This document shows positions 1-9,031 of a stretch of 64,000 nt of DNA, one piece after another. Both the position numbers and the translations under genes were made by a program. The notes under the pieces are model-generated. The model was not told the DNA's origin and did not search any database. It saw only the letters and a list, made by a program, of their open reading frames with translations. Numbering within the stretch: position 1 is the first letter of the stretch; the number at the start of each line of letters is the position of its first letter. Source of the stretch: Macrostomum hystrix (lineage: Eukaryota > Animalia > Platyhelminthes); the NCBI GenBank assembly GCA_950097015.1, contig CATNEN010000001.1:17298001-17362000 (forward strand). The letters are read 5' to 3'.

Positions 1-1560
1 GTGGCCTATGGGTTGAGTGGGACTGGCCAGCCTGAGGCCGAGAGGACCACTCCCTGCATCCACTGTCTCTCCCTTCATCTCTCCCTTCATCCCTCTTTCC
101 GCGACAACTCGCGAGGCTTTGCGGTACGACTTCTGACTCTATCGCCATTCCCACACTCCCTTCTCTTATGAGGACAGGTCATCGGATTGCAAAAGACCCA
201 ACCACATCAATATATGAAAAAACTAATTTCTTAGCTTAAATTTAGCTAATATATGTTTTTTTGGAATAAATGTTACTATTACAACCCTATTTGGCTAGAG
301 GAATTCTTTCAGTTTAAGGATGGATTAAATATTTAGACATGACTAGCTATAATCAGTGCTGCTCTTGTTGTCATAGACCACATTGAAAACATATGAACAT
401 ATTTTTCCTCATTGATCCTCATTGGGATCAACCTGGGCCTCGTCAGACCCGCTGCTGCTGCTACTACTCGGTGCCGGACGGCGTACCTGCGCACTCGCCT
501 CAGCAGTGTCAGGCACTGCTTGCACCGCGATATTTCGCTTCTTAACAACTGGCCCAGAGGGAGTTGCAGCATGGCGTTTGACTGCCTGCTGCAAGCGGGG
601 AAGAGACGGCATGAAGTGTTTGTGCCAATTCGGTGAGCGCTGACCCAAAGGAAAGGGCGCACTATTACCGAATTGACCCCTTAGCAACTCCACCCGTCTA
701 CTTACCTCTACTGGCCCATTAACTCTCCGAACGACGCCCATTAGCCGCGGGCGCGTGGGCACCCGTTCTTCAGGGTCGTTGTTTTCCTTATTGTCCATTT
801 GTTTTTCTTATGCTTTTCTTATTTTTCTTTTTGGGCGTCTTCTTGCCACGCTTCGGACAACAGGAATCACTGAAACATTGTAGGTAGGCCGTACATTGCT
901 CTGATGAAATAGGATTTCCTGCTAGGATCTATTTGTAGCCTTTCCGGCTCTCGCCTTTCTCTCTGTGGCCTCTGCCGCGGCTCTAGCTCCCTAGCCTCAC
1001 CTACTTCCTCGGCCCTAACACTGTCTGCGACTTCCCCGTGTACAGAGGATGGGATAGGGGGCAGGGTTGGAGAGGGCAACGGACTGTCCGACGGCAGGAC
1101 AACCACATCACCAGACGCCTCCCCCGCCTCTTCTCCGTTGCAGAACTCCTGGCCGACCGACTCGTGGAGACTTGACCCAGAGGCAGCCCGCAAGTGCCAC
1201 TGGCGTGCGCCCCTTAGGCCAATCTCGTCGTTGTCTTCTCCGTCGTTGCTGTCCTCTGGTTCGCCGGCCGCGTCAGCTATCGGAGGGCTACCCTGGGGCT
1301 GCCTTCCGCGCTTCCGCTGTGCCGTGCTCACCTCCTTCGTCACCTGAAGTTGTTGACGGAGATGATGTTCTTCCTTGCCTGACAACCTCAGCTCCTCCAT
1401 CGGGTGTCGGATTGCCGGGTCTTGGCGCTGAGCTTCCAGCAACTCAACCTGGCTAACCGGCACCTTCAGGACCACTGCTCTTACCGGAGGCAGCCCTCCA
1501 CTGTACTCGTCCTCCTTGTCCTTGGACCCAGGAGCCCTGGCAGCAGGGGGTATCCTTGAC

Positions 1561-2075
1561 AGGCGAGACTGGTCGCAACGAGTCTGACAACACCCCTCCA
1601 CCTCTGCTCCCTGTCCCACAGAGAGACCAGCAGTCGGCAGGCAGGACTGGCTGCAACGAGCTAACTGCTGATCCTCCTGACCCGAGGACCCTGACACAGC
1701 GGGATCAGTCGCTCGCAGGCAGGACTGGCTGCAACGAGCCAGCGACTTCTCCCGTTTCTGAGAACTCCTCGACAGCAGGATTCGGTGTCTGCAGGCAGGA
1801 CTGGCTGCAACGAGCGGACACTTCCTCCTCTGTCTCCGGACACACCAGAGGCTCCGGACCCGGCGCCTGCAGGCAGGACTGGCTGCGACGAGCGGGCACC
1901 TTCTCCTTTACCTCTGAGCCTTCAGCCACCACTTGGGTCTGCACCTGCGCCATGGCATCACAGCCCCGCACCCAGTGCTCCTCCCTCGTGGCTCCCTGGC
2001 TCCAGCTACCTTCCGTAGCTACCGTCTGCACGGCGGCGTCCACAGTCTGCAGGCAGAACTGGCTGCGACGAGCTG
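1561..2075 (-). repeat. Six dispersed ~25-bp direct repeats (GCAGGCAGGACTGGCTGCAACGAGC) encoding ARxSQSCL motifs within pol
   Basis: Copies near 1561 (degenerate), 1638, 1715, 1791, 1869 and 2049, separated by dissimilar spacers. Confidence 0.85.
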
Positions 2076-2972
2076 ACTGCGGGGCCCCGTAGACAGGTGC
2101 TTCCTGCCTCAAAGGCTGGCCTGCGGTCGTGTCTTCCTGACACCCTTGCAGCACCGTCTTGTCTTTGCGCACCTCGACAGGTTCCAGGACTGGCGTCTCT
2201 TCCGACTCTGGCAGATGCTTCAGCTCGTCTGCCTTCACGGACCTTGCCAGCCCTACAAGTTTATTCCGACGAATGACAGCCGGGAAGCAAGAGGTGTTGA
2301 CGACTTCAACACATCCTGTACCGTCCGCCATCGTCATTAATGCTGGAGTCATCCCTACCTGAGACACTCCCGGCTTCAGTCCTGACTTTAAGGACTTAAC
2401 AAACAGCGGCGTGCCGTGACAGTCCGTCCGGCCACCCGCTAACTTCACCGCTACGAGCATCGAAGAGCGCGCTGGCACAGTGGTCTGCTCGAGTGAGTAA
2501 ACCCGACTGGCCCTCGCCTCTCGCCTCGTGAATCTCAGCGGCACTCTGGTTCCTGATTTGATGGTCAGCATCCCCTTCGGAAAATCAATCTTCTGGGTGT
2601 GCTGGCGCATGAAATCAATTCCTAAGATGTTCTCGTGTTCGCCCTTTGTCACGCAGAACTCGACGTCTACTGTGTAGTCGCCAAGCCTGACCTCAAAGGC
2701 GACTCGCCCTAGCACTGGCAACCGAGAACCATCGAAGTTGCACAGGGCACTCTCTCCTATTTGCACAGCGTGCGGCACTACATGCCTCAGAGATACCCAC
2801 GTCTCACTTCCAATTAGACAGCGCCTGCTCCCTGAATCTAGGAGAAAGGGCACTGTCTTCTTGGAGACCATCGCCGTTACATAGGGGTCAGCGTTGGAGG
2901 CATACCAACGCTCGAGGAAGCTGGTGCTAGGAGAGCCCCTACCCTCTCCTCCAGCTTGCTCCTCAGTTCCCC

Positions 2973-4233
2973 TCAGGCCCGTCCAGGAACTGGACTGCGA
3001 GGGGCATCGCCTTCCATGCTCCTCGCCGTCCCGTTTCCCGACGTCTGAGTGCCTTGGGCCTGCAGCTCGGACTGCTGCCTGGGCTCTTGCCGTTGCTCTC
3101 TCGGGCACCCCTGAGTGTGGTGCTCATAACGTGGCTTAGCTGGCGTCGTCGGGTACTCACGCCTCAGGTGTCCAAACTTTCCGCAACCAAAGCATGCCCC
3201 TCTTGGCGGCGCCGGTCCTTCCTGCTGCACGGCCCCCTGTGGTCGGCTGAGTGCCTGGACCAGCATCTCCTGCATCTCTTGCTGATGCTGCAGCTGCAGT
3301 CCCTGACACTCAATCATCTTGGTCATCAGCGATTCGAGTCCCTTCAGCGCAGCGGTAACACCTTGCGGTGGCCTCGTCTTCGCCGTGCACCATCCGAGCC
3401 GGCCCATCCTTCGCCCTCTGGACTGCCTCGTCGACCACCTCTAGGCGCTTTAACTCTCGCCTAACTTCCAGGAGTGTTCTAGGGCGAGTCCGCAGCAGGT
3501 GCTTGCGGTTCTCAACCGAAGTCCGAACTCCCTTAATAAACTGGTCGACCAACTCATAGTCCAAGTCTCTCTGGCGAAGGTTGGTGTAGGCCTGCTCACC
3601 GAGTCCCTGCAACGCATCAGCATAGTCATCAAGCGTTTCCGCTTTCTTCTGATAGCGGTTGCGGAACTCGTCTCGGTACTCCTCAGGACTGCTCAGCTCC
3701 GCGAATCGCTCCACAATACGCTCCTTGAATTGGGCATACGTGAGCTCTTCGGGCAGCCTCATCCTGAGGACGGCATTCAGGCACTGTACATCGAGGTGGT
3801 CGAGCAGAAGGGCCTTGCGTGTCTCCGAACTGCGAATCGCAGCAAGGGCGCAATACGCTTCAAACGCCTCCACCCACAGATGTACGTCCTGACCCCGAGA
3901 AAACTTGGCAATCTTCGCCGTCCTACCTTGTTGTTGTTCCACCTGCTTCTCCATCAGGTTGAGCATCCGGTACACCAGGTCAGCCGTTGCCCTGTCGTCC
4001 AGCCTCGGTCGTCGTCGCCTTGCTGCCGCCGCCGCTCCTCGGTCGTCCTCGCCGCCGGACTGGTCGTCGTCGCCGAAGTCGCTCTCGCTGTCCTCGCCGT
4101 CGCCGACGCAGCCGTTTCCGCGGTCATACCATCTTGACCGAGCTTCCTGCAGCGCACAGCCACCGCGAGACTCCTTGCTCCGGGCTACCTGCTGCCTCTC
4201 CTCCCTCTCAGAATCCAGCTCCTCTTGGGACAT
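2973..4233 (-). pseudogene. gag: Gypsy gag, broken by a frameshift near 3370
   Basis: ORF 3310..4233 has a capsid-like region (KFSRGQDVHLWVEAFE; FRNRYQKKAETLDDYADALQGL; DQFIKG). ORF 2973..3407 continues with knuckle CFGCGKFGHLRREY, whose last Cys is replaced by Tyr. Confidence 0.85.
2992..3039 (-). promoter_or_regulatory. gag-pol -1 programmed ribosomal frameshift signal (G GGA AAC plus stem-loop)
   Basis: Heptamer at 3039-3033 is in gag phase (S-G-N). It is followed 6 nt later by the stem GCGAGG-A-GCAT/ATGC-C-CCTCGC. The protease ORF is in the -1 frame. Confidence 0.75.
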
Positions 4234-4276
4234 GGCGTTCGTTTCCGCAGTGAATGAGTAAAAGGCTAACTCGAAT

Positions 4277-4294
4277 CACACCGCTTTGCCACCA
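4277..4294 (-). promoter_or_regulatory. Primer binding site (TGGTGGCAAAGCGGTGTG), tRNA-Leu-like
   Basis: Begins with TGG one base after the LTR-terminal CA and resembles the TGGTGGCAGCGGTG class of Gypsy PBS. Confidence 0.7.
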
Positions 4295-4295
4295 A

Positions 4296-4977
4296 TGTTA
4301 TACCTGTGGTAGCATGGCACACACAATTGGTAAAATGACCAAGACAGGAACTAGATTCTGAGAGGATCTTTTCCGGCCTCAACGCTGGTGCTTCCTAGCA
4401 GAGGAACAATCCGGTAGTCAGGCTCCGAATGTCACGTTCTCTCGTGCTTTCCTCTAATCGGACTACGTCCTAACTGCACTCGCAGATCTTATGCTCGATC
4501 GGGCGGCACACCAAGCTTCAAAATGCAGTATGCGGCCTAGATCAACAATAGTTTTCTAAGATCTTAGAGGCAAGGTAAATTAATGCAAACACGGACGGTA
4601 AGCACAAACGCATGAAGAAATTTCATTTTGCATTATGAAGTATGGGTGCCTACAGCCCTATCCGGGATGCAGGACCCGTGCGTCAGCCTGACGGCTCTTG
4701 CACCATTATATTATTTTATGAAGCGATGTTTGTTCGAGATTATTTGTAAAACGAATGAATTTCGATAAAAGTTTTGTATGGGATTTCGAAGTGAAATTTG
4801 AATATTTTGGGTGTGTAAAAAAGCATGTATTAGGCATGTACGAGAAAGAAAAAAAAGAATAAAGTGAAAAGTGTGCAGCATTCATTGTGTAAATTAGTAA
4901 AACAAATAAAATAAAACAATCAGGCAAAGAGCACAGTTAATTCTGTAAATGGTAAAACAAATATAACAAATATAACA
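4296..4977 (-). repeat. Putative 5' LTR
   Basis: TGTTATA at 4296 abuts the PBS. A matching inverted TATAACA occurs at 4962-4968 and 4971-4977. The distal end is uncertain because no second LTR is available for comparison. Confidence 0.5.
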
Positions 4978-6107
4978 AAATGCATGCATTAAACAGGTGA
5001 GCAGATTAAAACTAAAAAAGTTTACATTAGTCCCTAAGGTCCCTAAGCAGCAGAGAAATCACAAAGAAAAGGAAATGAAATTCAGATTTGGCAGCAGATG
5101 TATTTGTTACAAAGTAAATTTGAAATTGATTTGATTTTGGTGGATTTTTCTTGTATTTTTCGACTTGTTACTGTGAGTAGTGAATTTTGGTACCCTACCA
5201 AGAGAGCGAATTCTCTCTGTGGTGGGTCTGATTTTTTAGGGTATAAATACAAATGCCAATAGTACTGGTATATCTGATTAAGTTCAGATGACCAAAGAGA
5301 CAAAGTTAAGCCGATATACATTAATTTGTATGTACTGGCCCAGTGTTTGTGGTTCACTGGTAACCTGTGGTAGATATTCTAACTGCAGGGAACGTCCCAC
5401 GTCTCGGTTTGATGATGACAGTCAAGATTGCCATGACATACTTGTGTGGTAGATTTGTCTAGAACCGAGACACAGCTTTTTGATTTTTGCTTTTTTGCTT
5501 CTTGTTTGTTTTGTGATTACGTGTTTCGATCAGTTCCAATTTTCAATCAATTTCAAATTTTACGTTATTATTTTTCCATCTTAGCAGAAGCGACCTTCAA
5601 AAATTAGGTTTACTGGTAATTTTGGTGAGCAGTGTTATATATTGTTGTGTATTTGCTTTGCTAACTAATTATAGTCATTCATAGACGGACTTTTGATTTA
5701 GATATTAGTCTATGGTTCATAGGGATTAAGTTCGACTGTACACATTTATTTGCTTCAAGTCTCGATACTTTTCGTTTAAATATAAACAAGCTACGAGCGC
5801 GCTACCGCTAAGACATTTCAACTTCTAACTTCCCAAAAGTTTTACCGACTTCGCGCCATTCAAAACGTAACATATATATAGGCTCAAATTTGGATTTTAG
5901 GAAGAAATTTTCTTTCTTTTTGCAGTCAAAGAGACCGCAGTCCATTCGTCGTTTCTGGTAAGTAGGTTTTCTGTCTTATCTATTACATTTAATCATCTGT
6001 GTTACCTAATCATTTTTAACGAAGCCAGAGTTGGTGATTACAGTGATAAATTTAAGTGGTATAGGGTCGGTAATTGAGATGGGACTAGTCAGATCCAGCC
6101 AGACGTT

Positions 6108-8957
6108 TTAAGGTTTAGGATTTTTAGTTTTGATTAGACCTTTTGATTGGCAGAGTTTGTACAGTCTAGTGAAGAGTAGGGAGTTTGCACCAATAGGTAG
6201 GCTAATGTCGCGTGGAATGGTATCCAGACCATGTATTTTGTTTATTTTGCCCTTTTGGAACCAGGAAGAAGCCAGGTTTTCAAGTCTGGTCTTCACTGGC
6301 TCCATGTTCGAGATTTTGTGTAAGTATTTCGAACAGCAATATTTTGGTGCCCCATGGCAAATTCTGAGTGCTCTGTTTTGGATGATTTGTAACCTGTTCA
6401 TTTGTGTTTTGTTTAGCAGCACCAGAATTGGTGCTGCATAACATATTATGCTCTCTATATATGCTCTATAGATTCTGATTAGGGATTTGTTAGTGGCATT
6501 TGTTAGGTGTGCTACTCTGTACAGTTGTATGAGGCGGGTTTCACATTGTTTGATTCGACTGTTGATTTGGGCATTAAAGTTAAGTTTGGTATCCAGTTGG
6601 ATGCCCAAGAACTTAACGCTAGAGTGGTAGGGAATGATTGTGTTGTCTAGTGTGATGGGAGTGGGTTGGCCGAAGCTGGGGTGAGTGAGGAATTGGATTG
6701 CTTTGCTTTTGTGGGGATTTACTTTGATGCCATATTTTTTCAGCCATTTGTGGAAAATTTGGATATAGTCTTGTAGTAGTTTGGCTGCAAGATGGGCCTT
6801 TCTCGACTGGCTCCATATTGCAGTGTCATCTGCATACTGGCTGGCTCTGACTCTAATGTCTTTTGGTCTGGGCATGGTGGCTACAAAGATTAGGAAGAGG
6901 ACAGGGCTTAGGACGCCGCCTTGTGGGACGCCTGCATCTGGGGTGAATTCGTCACTGAATTCGTTATTGACTCTGACTGAGATAAGTCTGTTTTCAAGGT
7001 AGTTTGATAGGACCCTAGCAAAGGGTATGGGAAGTCTGATCTTGTGTAGGCGATACCTCAGGGCATCATGCCATACTTTGTCAAAGGCACCTTCGATATC
7101 AAAGAAGACGCCTATGGTGGACCTATTCCTGTTTCGGGAATCATAAATGTCTTGGGCAAGTCTGGCGAGGTTATCGTAGGCACAGTGTTTATCGCGATAG
7201 GCACATTGATTGTGTCCTAGTATGTTATTTTCTTCTAGAAATTTGCATAGCCTTTTCTTGAGAACTTTTTCAAACAGCTTACCTAGGCAAGAGGTAAGAC
7301 TGATTGGTCTATAGCTAAGTGGGTCATTTTTGGGTTTGTCGGGTTTTTGAAGCATCGTTAGACGAGCTTTTTTCCATATGGTTGGGAAGTATCCCAGGGA
7401 GAGGCAGGTGTCTAGGATTTTGGTGAGGATGATTATGGCTGTGGGGCTCAGGCCCCGTTTTAGCACTATGTTAGGAATGTTGTCAGGTCCCTGGGCTCCT
7501 CCTGACCTAAGGTGGGCGAGTTCCCAGGTGACATCAGCAATTTGAATGGGTTCGGTGAGATAATTTAAATCATTGGTGTTTGAGATTTCAAGGTGATTTA
7601 GAGGTTTGAAGTTTGGATGATTTGTGATGTGTTTGGCAATCTTGGTTCTGAGTCTGTTGTTGGAGCTGGGTTCGGGTTTCATTTTGTCTGATAAGGCTTC
7701 AGCCAACAAGTTGGCTTTGTCCTTATCAGTGATGGCAGTTTTGTTGAGGTAGGTGAGAGAAGGGAAATGGGTGATTTGGGTTTTGGTGCCCATGATGATT
7801 CTGATGTCTTTCCAGAATTTGGGGTTGCTGGGGTTTGAGCTATGGTCTGAAATTTTTCCACATAAGGTGTTGAATTTTTGGCTACGAAAGTGCCATATTT
7901 CGTTTTTAATTTTTGTTACCATTTTATTGGCCTGTACTCGGAAGTCATCAATTCGGGTGGTGTAATATAGTTTTCTGAACCTTCTGCGGGCTTTTATGAG
8001 TTGGACTATATTGGGAGGGAGGGTCTCTCTAGGAGAGGACCTTGGAACTACTTTATCTATGGTAAGGTGAATGATGTCGTTTAGCATTTCGATAGAGTTA
8101 TCAATTTCGGCTGGGGTCTTTGGGTTGAAGTTATTATCCCAGATAGTTGAGATATTGTCCTCAAGGGTAAGGTGAAACTGTTCCCAGTCAGTTTTGTTAT
8201 AGCACCTGGGTGGTTTTATTGGTTGTTTGTTATGGGGTTTGACAGCGATTTTAGTTAGGAGGGGTAGGTGGTCGCTGCCAAGATCATCTAGGATTTGGAA
8301 GTCGGTGATAAAAGGTGCTAGGTCTGGTGAGCATAGACCTAGATCGAGTATGTTTCCCATGAGGTTGCCAGATCTCTTTTGATAACGGGTGGGTACGCCG
8401 GGCTCATTTAAAATAATGGGCGCGCTATCATGGTTGGCTAGCCATCTGAGGAGTTGCCTTCCGGCATAGTTATCTTCGCTTTGACCCTCAAGGGCACTGA
8501 AGCGACAGTTTAGGTCCCCCAGTATTAAACTGTGGGGATTGGTTAGGAGGGAACTGAGGAGGGTGAGGTTGAGGTTGTCAGGCCTCGGGTTTCGGTATAT
8601 AAGTGAGACGTTTAGAAAGTCTAGCTTTGGGTCGTTCGTCTGGACTTTGAAGGAGATAGTTTCGTGGTTTATATTGTTGTAGGAGACTTTGACTTCCGAA
8701 AGTTTAATATATTCTCTATAGGCCACGAGGAGACCTCGGCTACAGTGTGGCATGTCCAACCGAATGGTGGAGTAGCCAGGGAAGAAGATAATGTTCGAGC
8801 TGGTGAGGACCGTCTCCGAGAAGAGGGCAATGTCAATGGATTGACTTCTCAAGAAGTCATTTAGTTCCCAGATTTTGTTGAGGATACTGTTGCAATTTAA
8901 GTGGAGGATGGTAAGTTCTTCTACTTTGAATTTGTTATTGTTTTTACTCTCGCCTTT
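6108..8957 (-). CDS. LINE ORF2: APE endonuclease and reverse transcriptase, no RNase H
   Basis: APE motifs ILHLNCNS, SET, GDLN, LDL, SDH. RT motifs YRPISLTS, DIEGAFDKVWH, GVPQGGVLSP, QYADD, FLG. Frame is open from 8957 with no stops. Confidence 0.95.
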   Translation of the reverse strand, partial: KGESKNNNKFKVEELTILHLNCNSILNKIWELNDFLRSQSIDIALFSETVLTSSNIIFFPGYSTIRLDMPHCSRGLLVAYREYIKLSEVKVSYNNINHETISFKVQTNDPKLDFLNVSLIYRNPRPDNLNLTLLSSLLTNPHSLILGDLNCRFSALEGQSEDNYAGRQLLRWLANHDSAPIILNEPGVPTRYQKRSGNLMGNILDLGLCSPDLAPFITDFQILDDLGSDHLPLLTKIAVKPHNKQPIKPPRCYNKTDWEQFHLTLEDNISTIWDNNFNPKTPAEIDNSIEMLNDIIHLTIDKVVPRSSPRETLPPNIVQLIKARRRFRKLYYTTRIDDFRVQANKMVTKIKNEIWHFRSQKFNTLCGKISDHSSNPSNPKFWKDIRIIMGTKTQITHFPSLTYLNKTAITDKDKANLLAEALSDKMKPEPSSNNRLRTKIAKHITNHPNFKPLNHLEISNTNDLNYLTEPIQIADVTWELAHLRSGGAQGPDNIPNIVLKRGLSPTAIIILTKILDTCLSLGYFPTIWKKARLTMLQKPDKPKNDPLSYRPISLTSCLGKLFEKVLKKRLCKFLEENNILGHNQCAYRDKHCAYDNLARLAQDIYDSRNRNRSTIGVFFDIEGAFDKVWHDALRYRLHKIRLPIPFARVLSNYLENRLISVRVNNEFSDEFTPDAGVPQGGVLSPVLFLIFVATMPRPKDIRVRASQYADDTAIWSQSRKAHLAAKLLQDYIQIFHKWLKKYGIKVNPHKSKAIQFLTHPSFGQPTPITLDNTIIPYHSSVKFLGIQLDTKLNFNAQINSRIKQCETRLIQLYRVAHLTNATNKSLIRIYRAYIESIICYAAPILVLLNKTQMNRLQIIQNRALRICHGAPKYCCSKYLHKISNMEPVKTRLENLASSWFQKGKINKIHGLDTIPRDISLPIGANSLLFTRLYKLCQSKGLIKTKNPKP

Positions 8958-9031
8958 CTAGTTTGTTGTAGGAGTGGTGGGGGGTTTTAGGTTTCACTTC
9001 TGGCTTCGCTATTGAAAGTATTTAAATGAAA

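Larger units (their letters stand above)
867..3039 (-). pseudogene. pol: Gypsy pol remnant: retropepsin protease, repeat linker, pre-integrase segment and C-terminal tail (frameshift near 1740)
   Basis: FLLDSGSRRCLI and ENILGIDFM in ORF 1705..3108. ELLEAQRQDPAI (segment preceding the integrase) and basic tail in ORF 867..1697. Confidence 0.8.
409..4977 (-). mobile_element. Ty3/Gypsy LTR retrotransposon, internally deleted and non-autonomous (5' LTR, PBS, gag, protease, pol remnants; 3' LTR not seen in window)
   Basis: LTR end ...TATAACA followed by a TGG-starting PBS. Gag with zinc knuckle. Aspartyl protease LLDSGS...ILGIDF. Gypsy-type pol tail RPQRERREPERL. No YLDD RT or DDE core visible. 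Both outer boundaries are approximate. Confidence 0.85.

Noticed and set aside
1561-2075. CRISPR array (repeat-spacer appearance)
   Set aside because: Eukaryotic retroelement context, no cas genes, irregular spacers, and the repeats lie within the pol reading frame.
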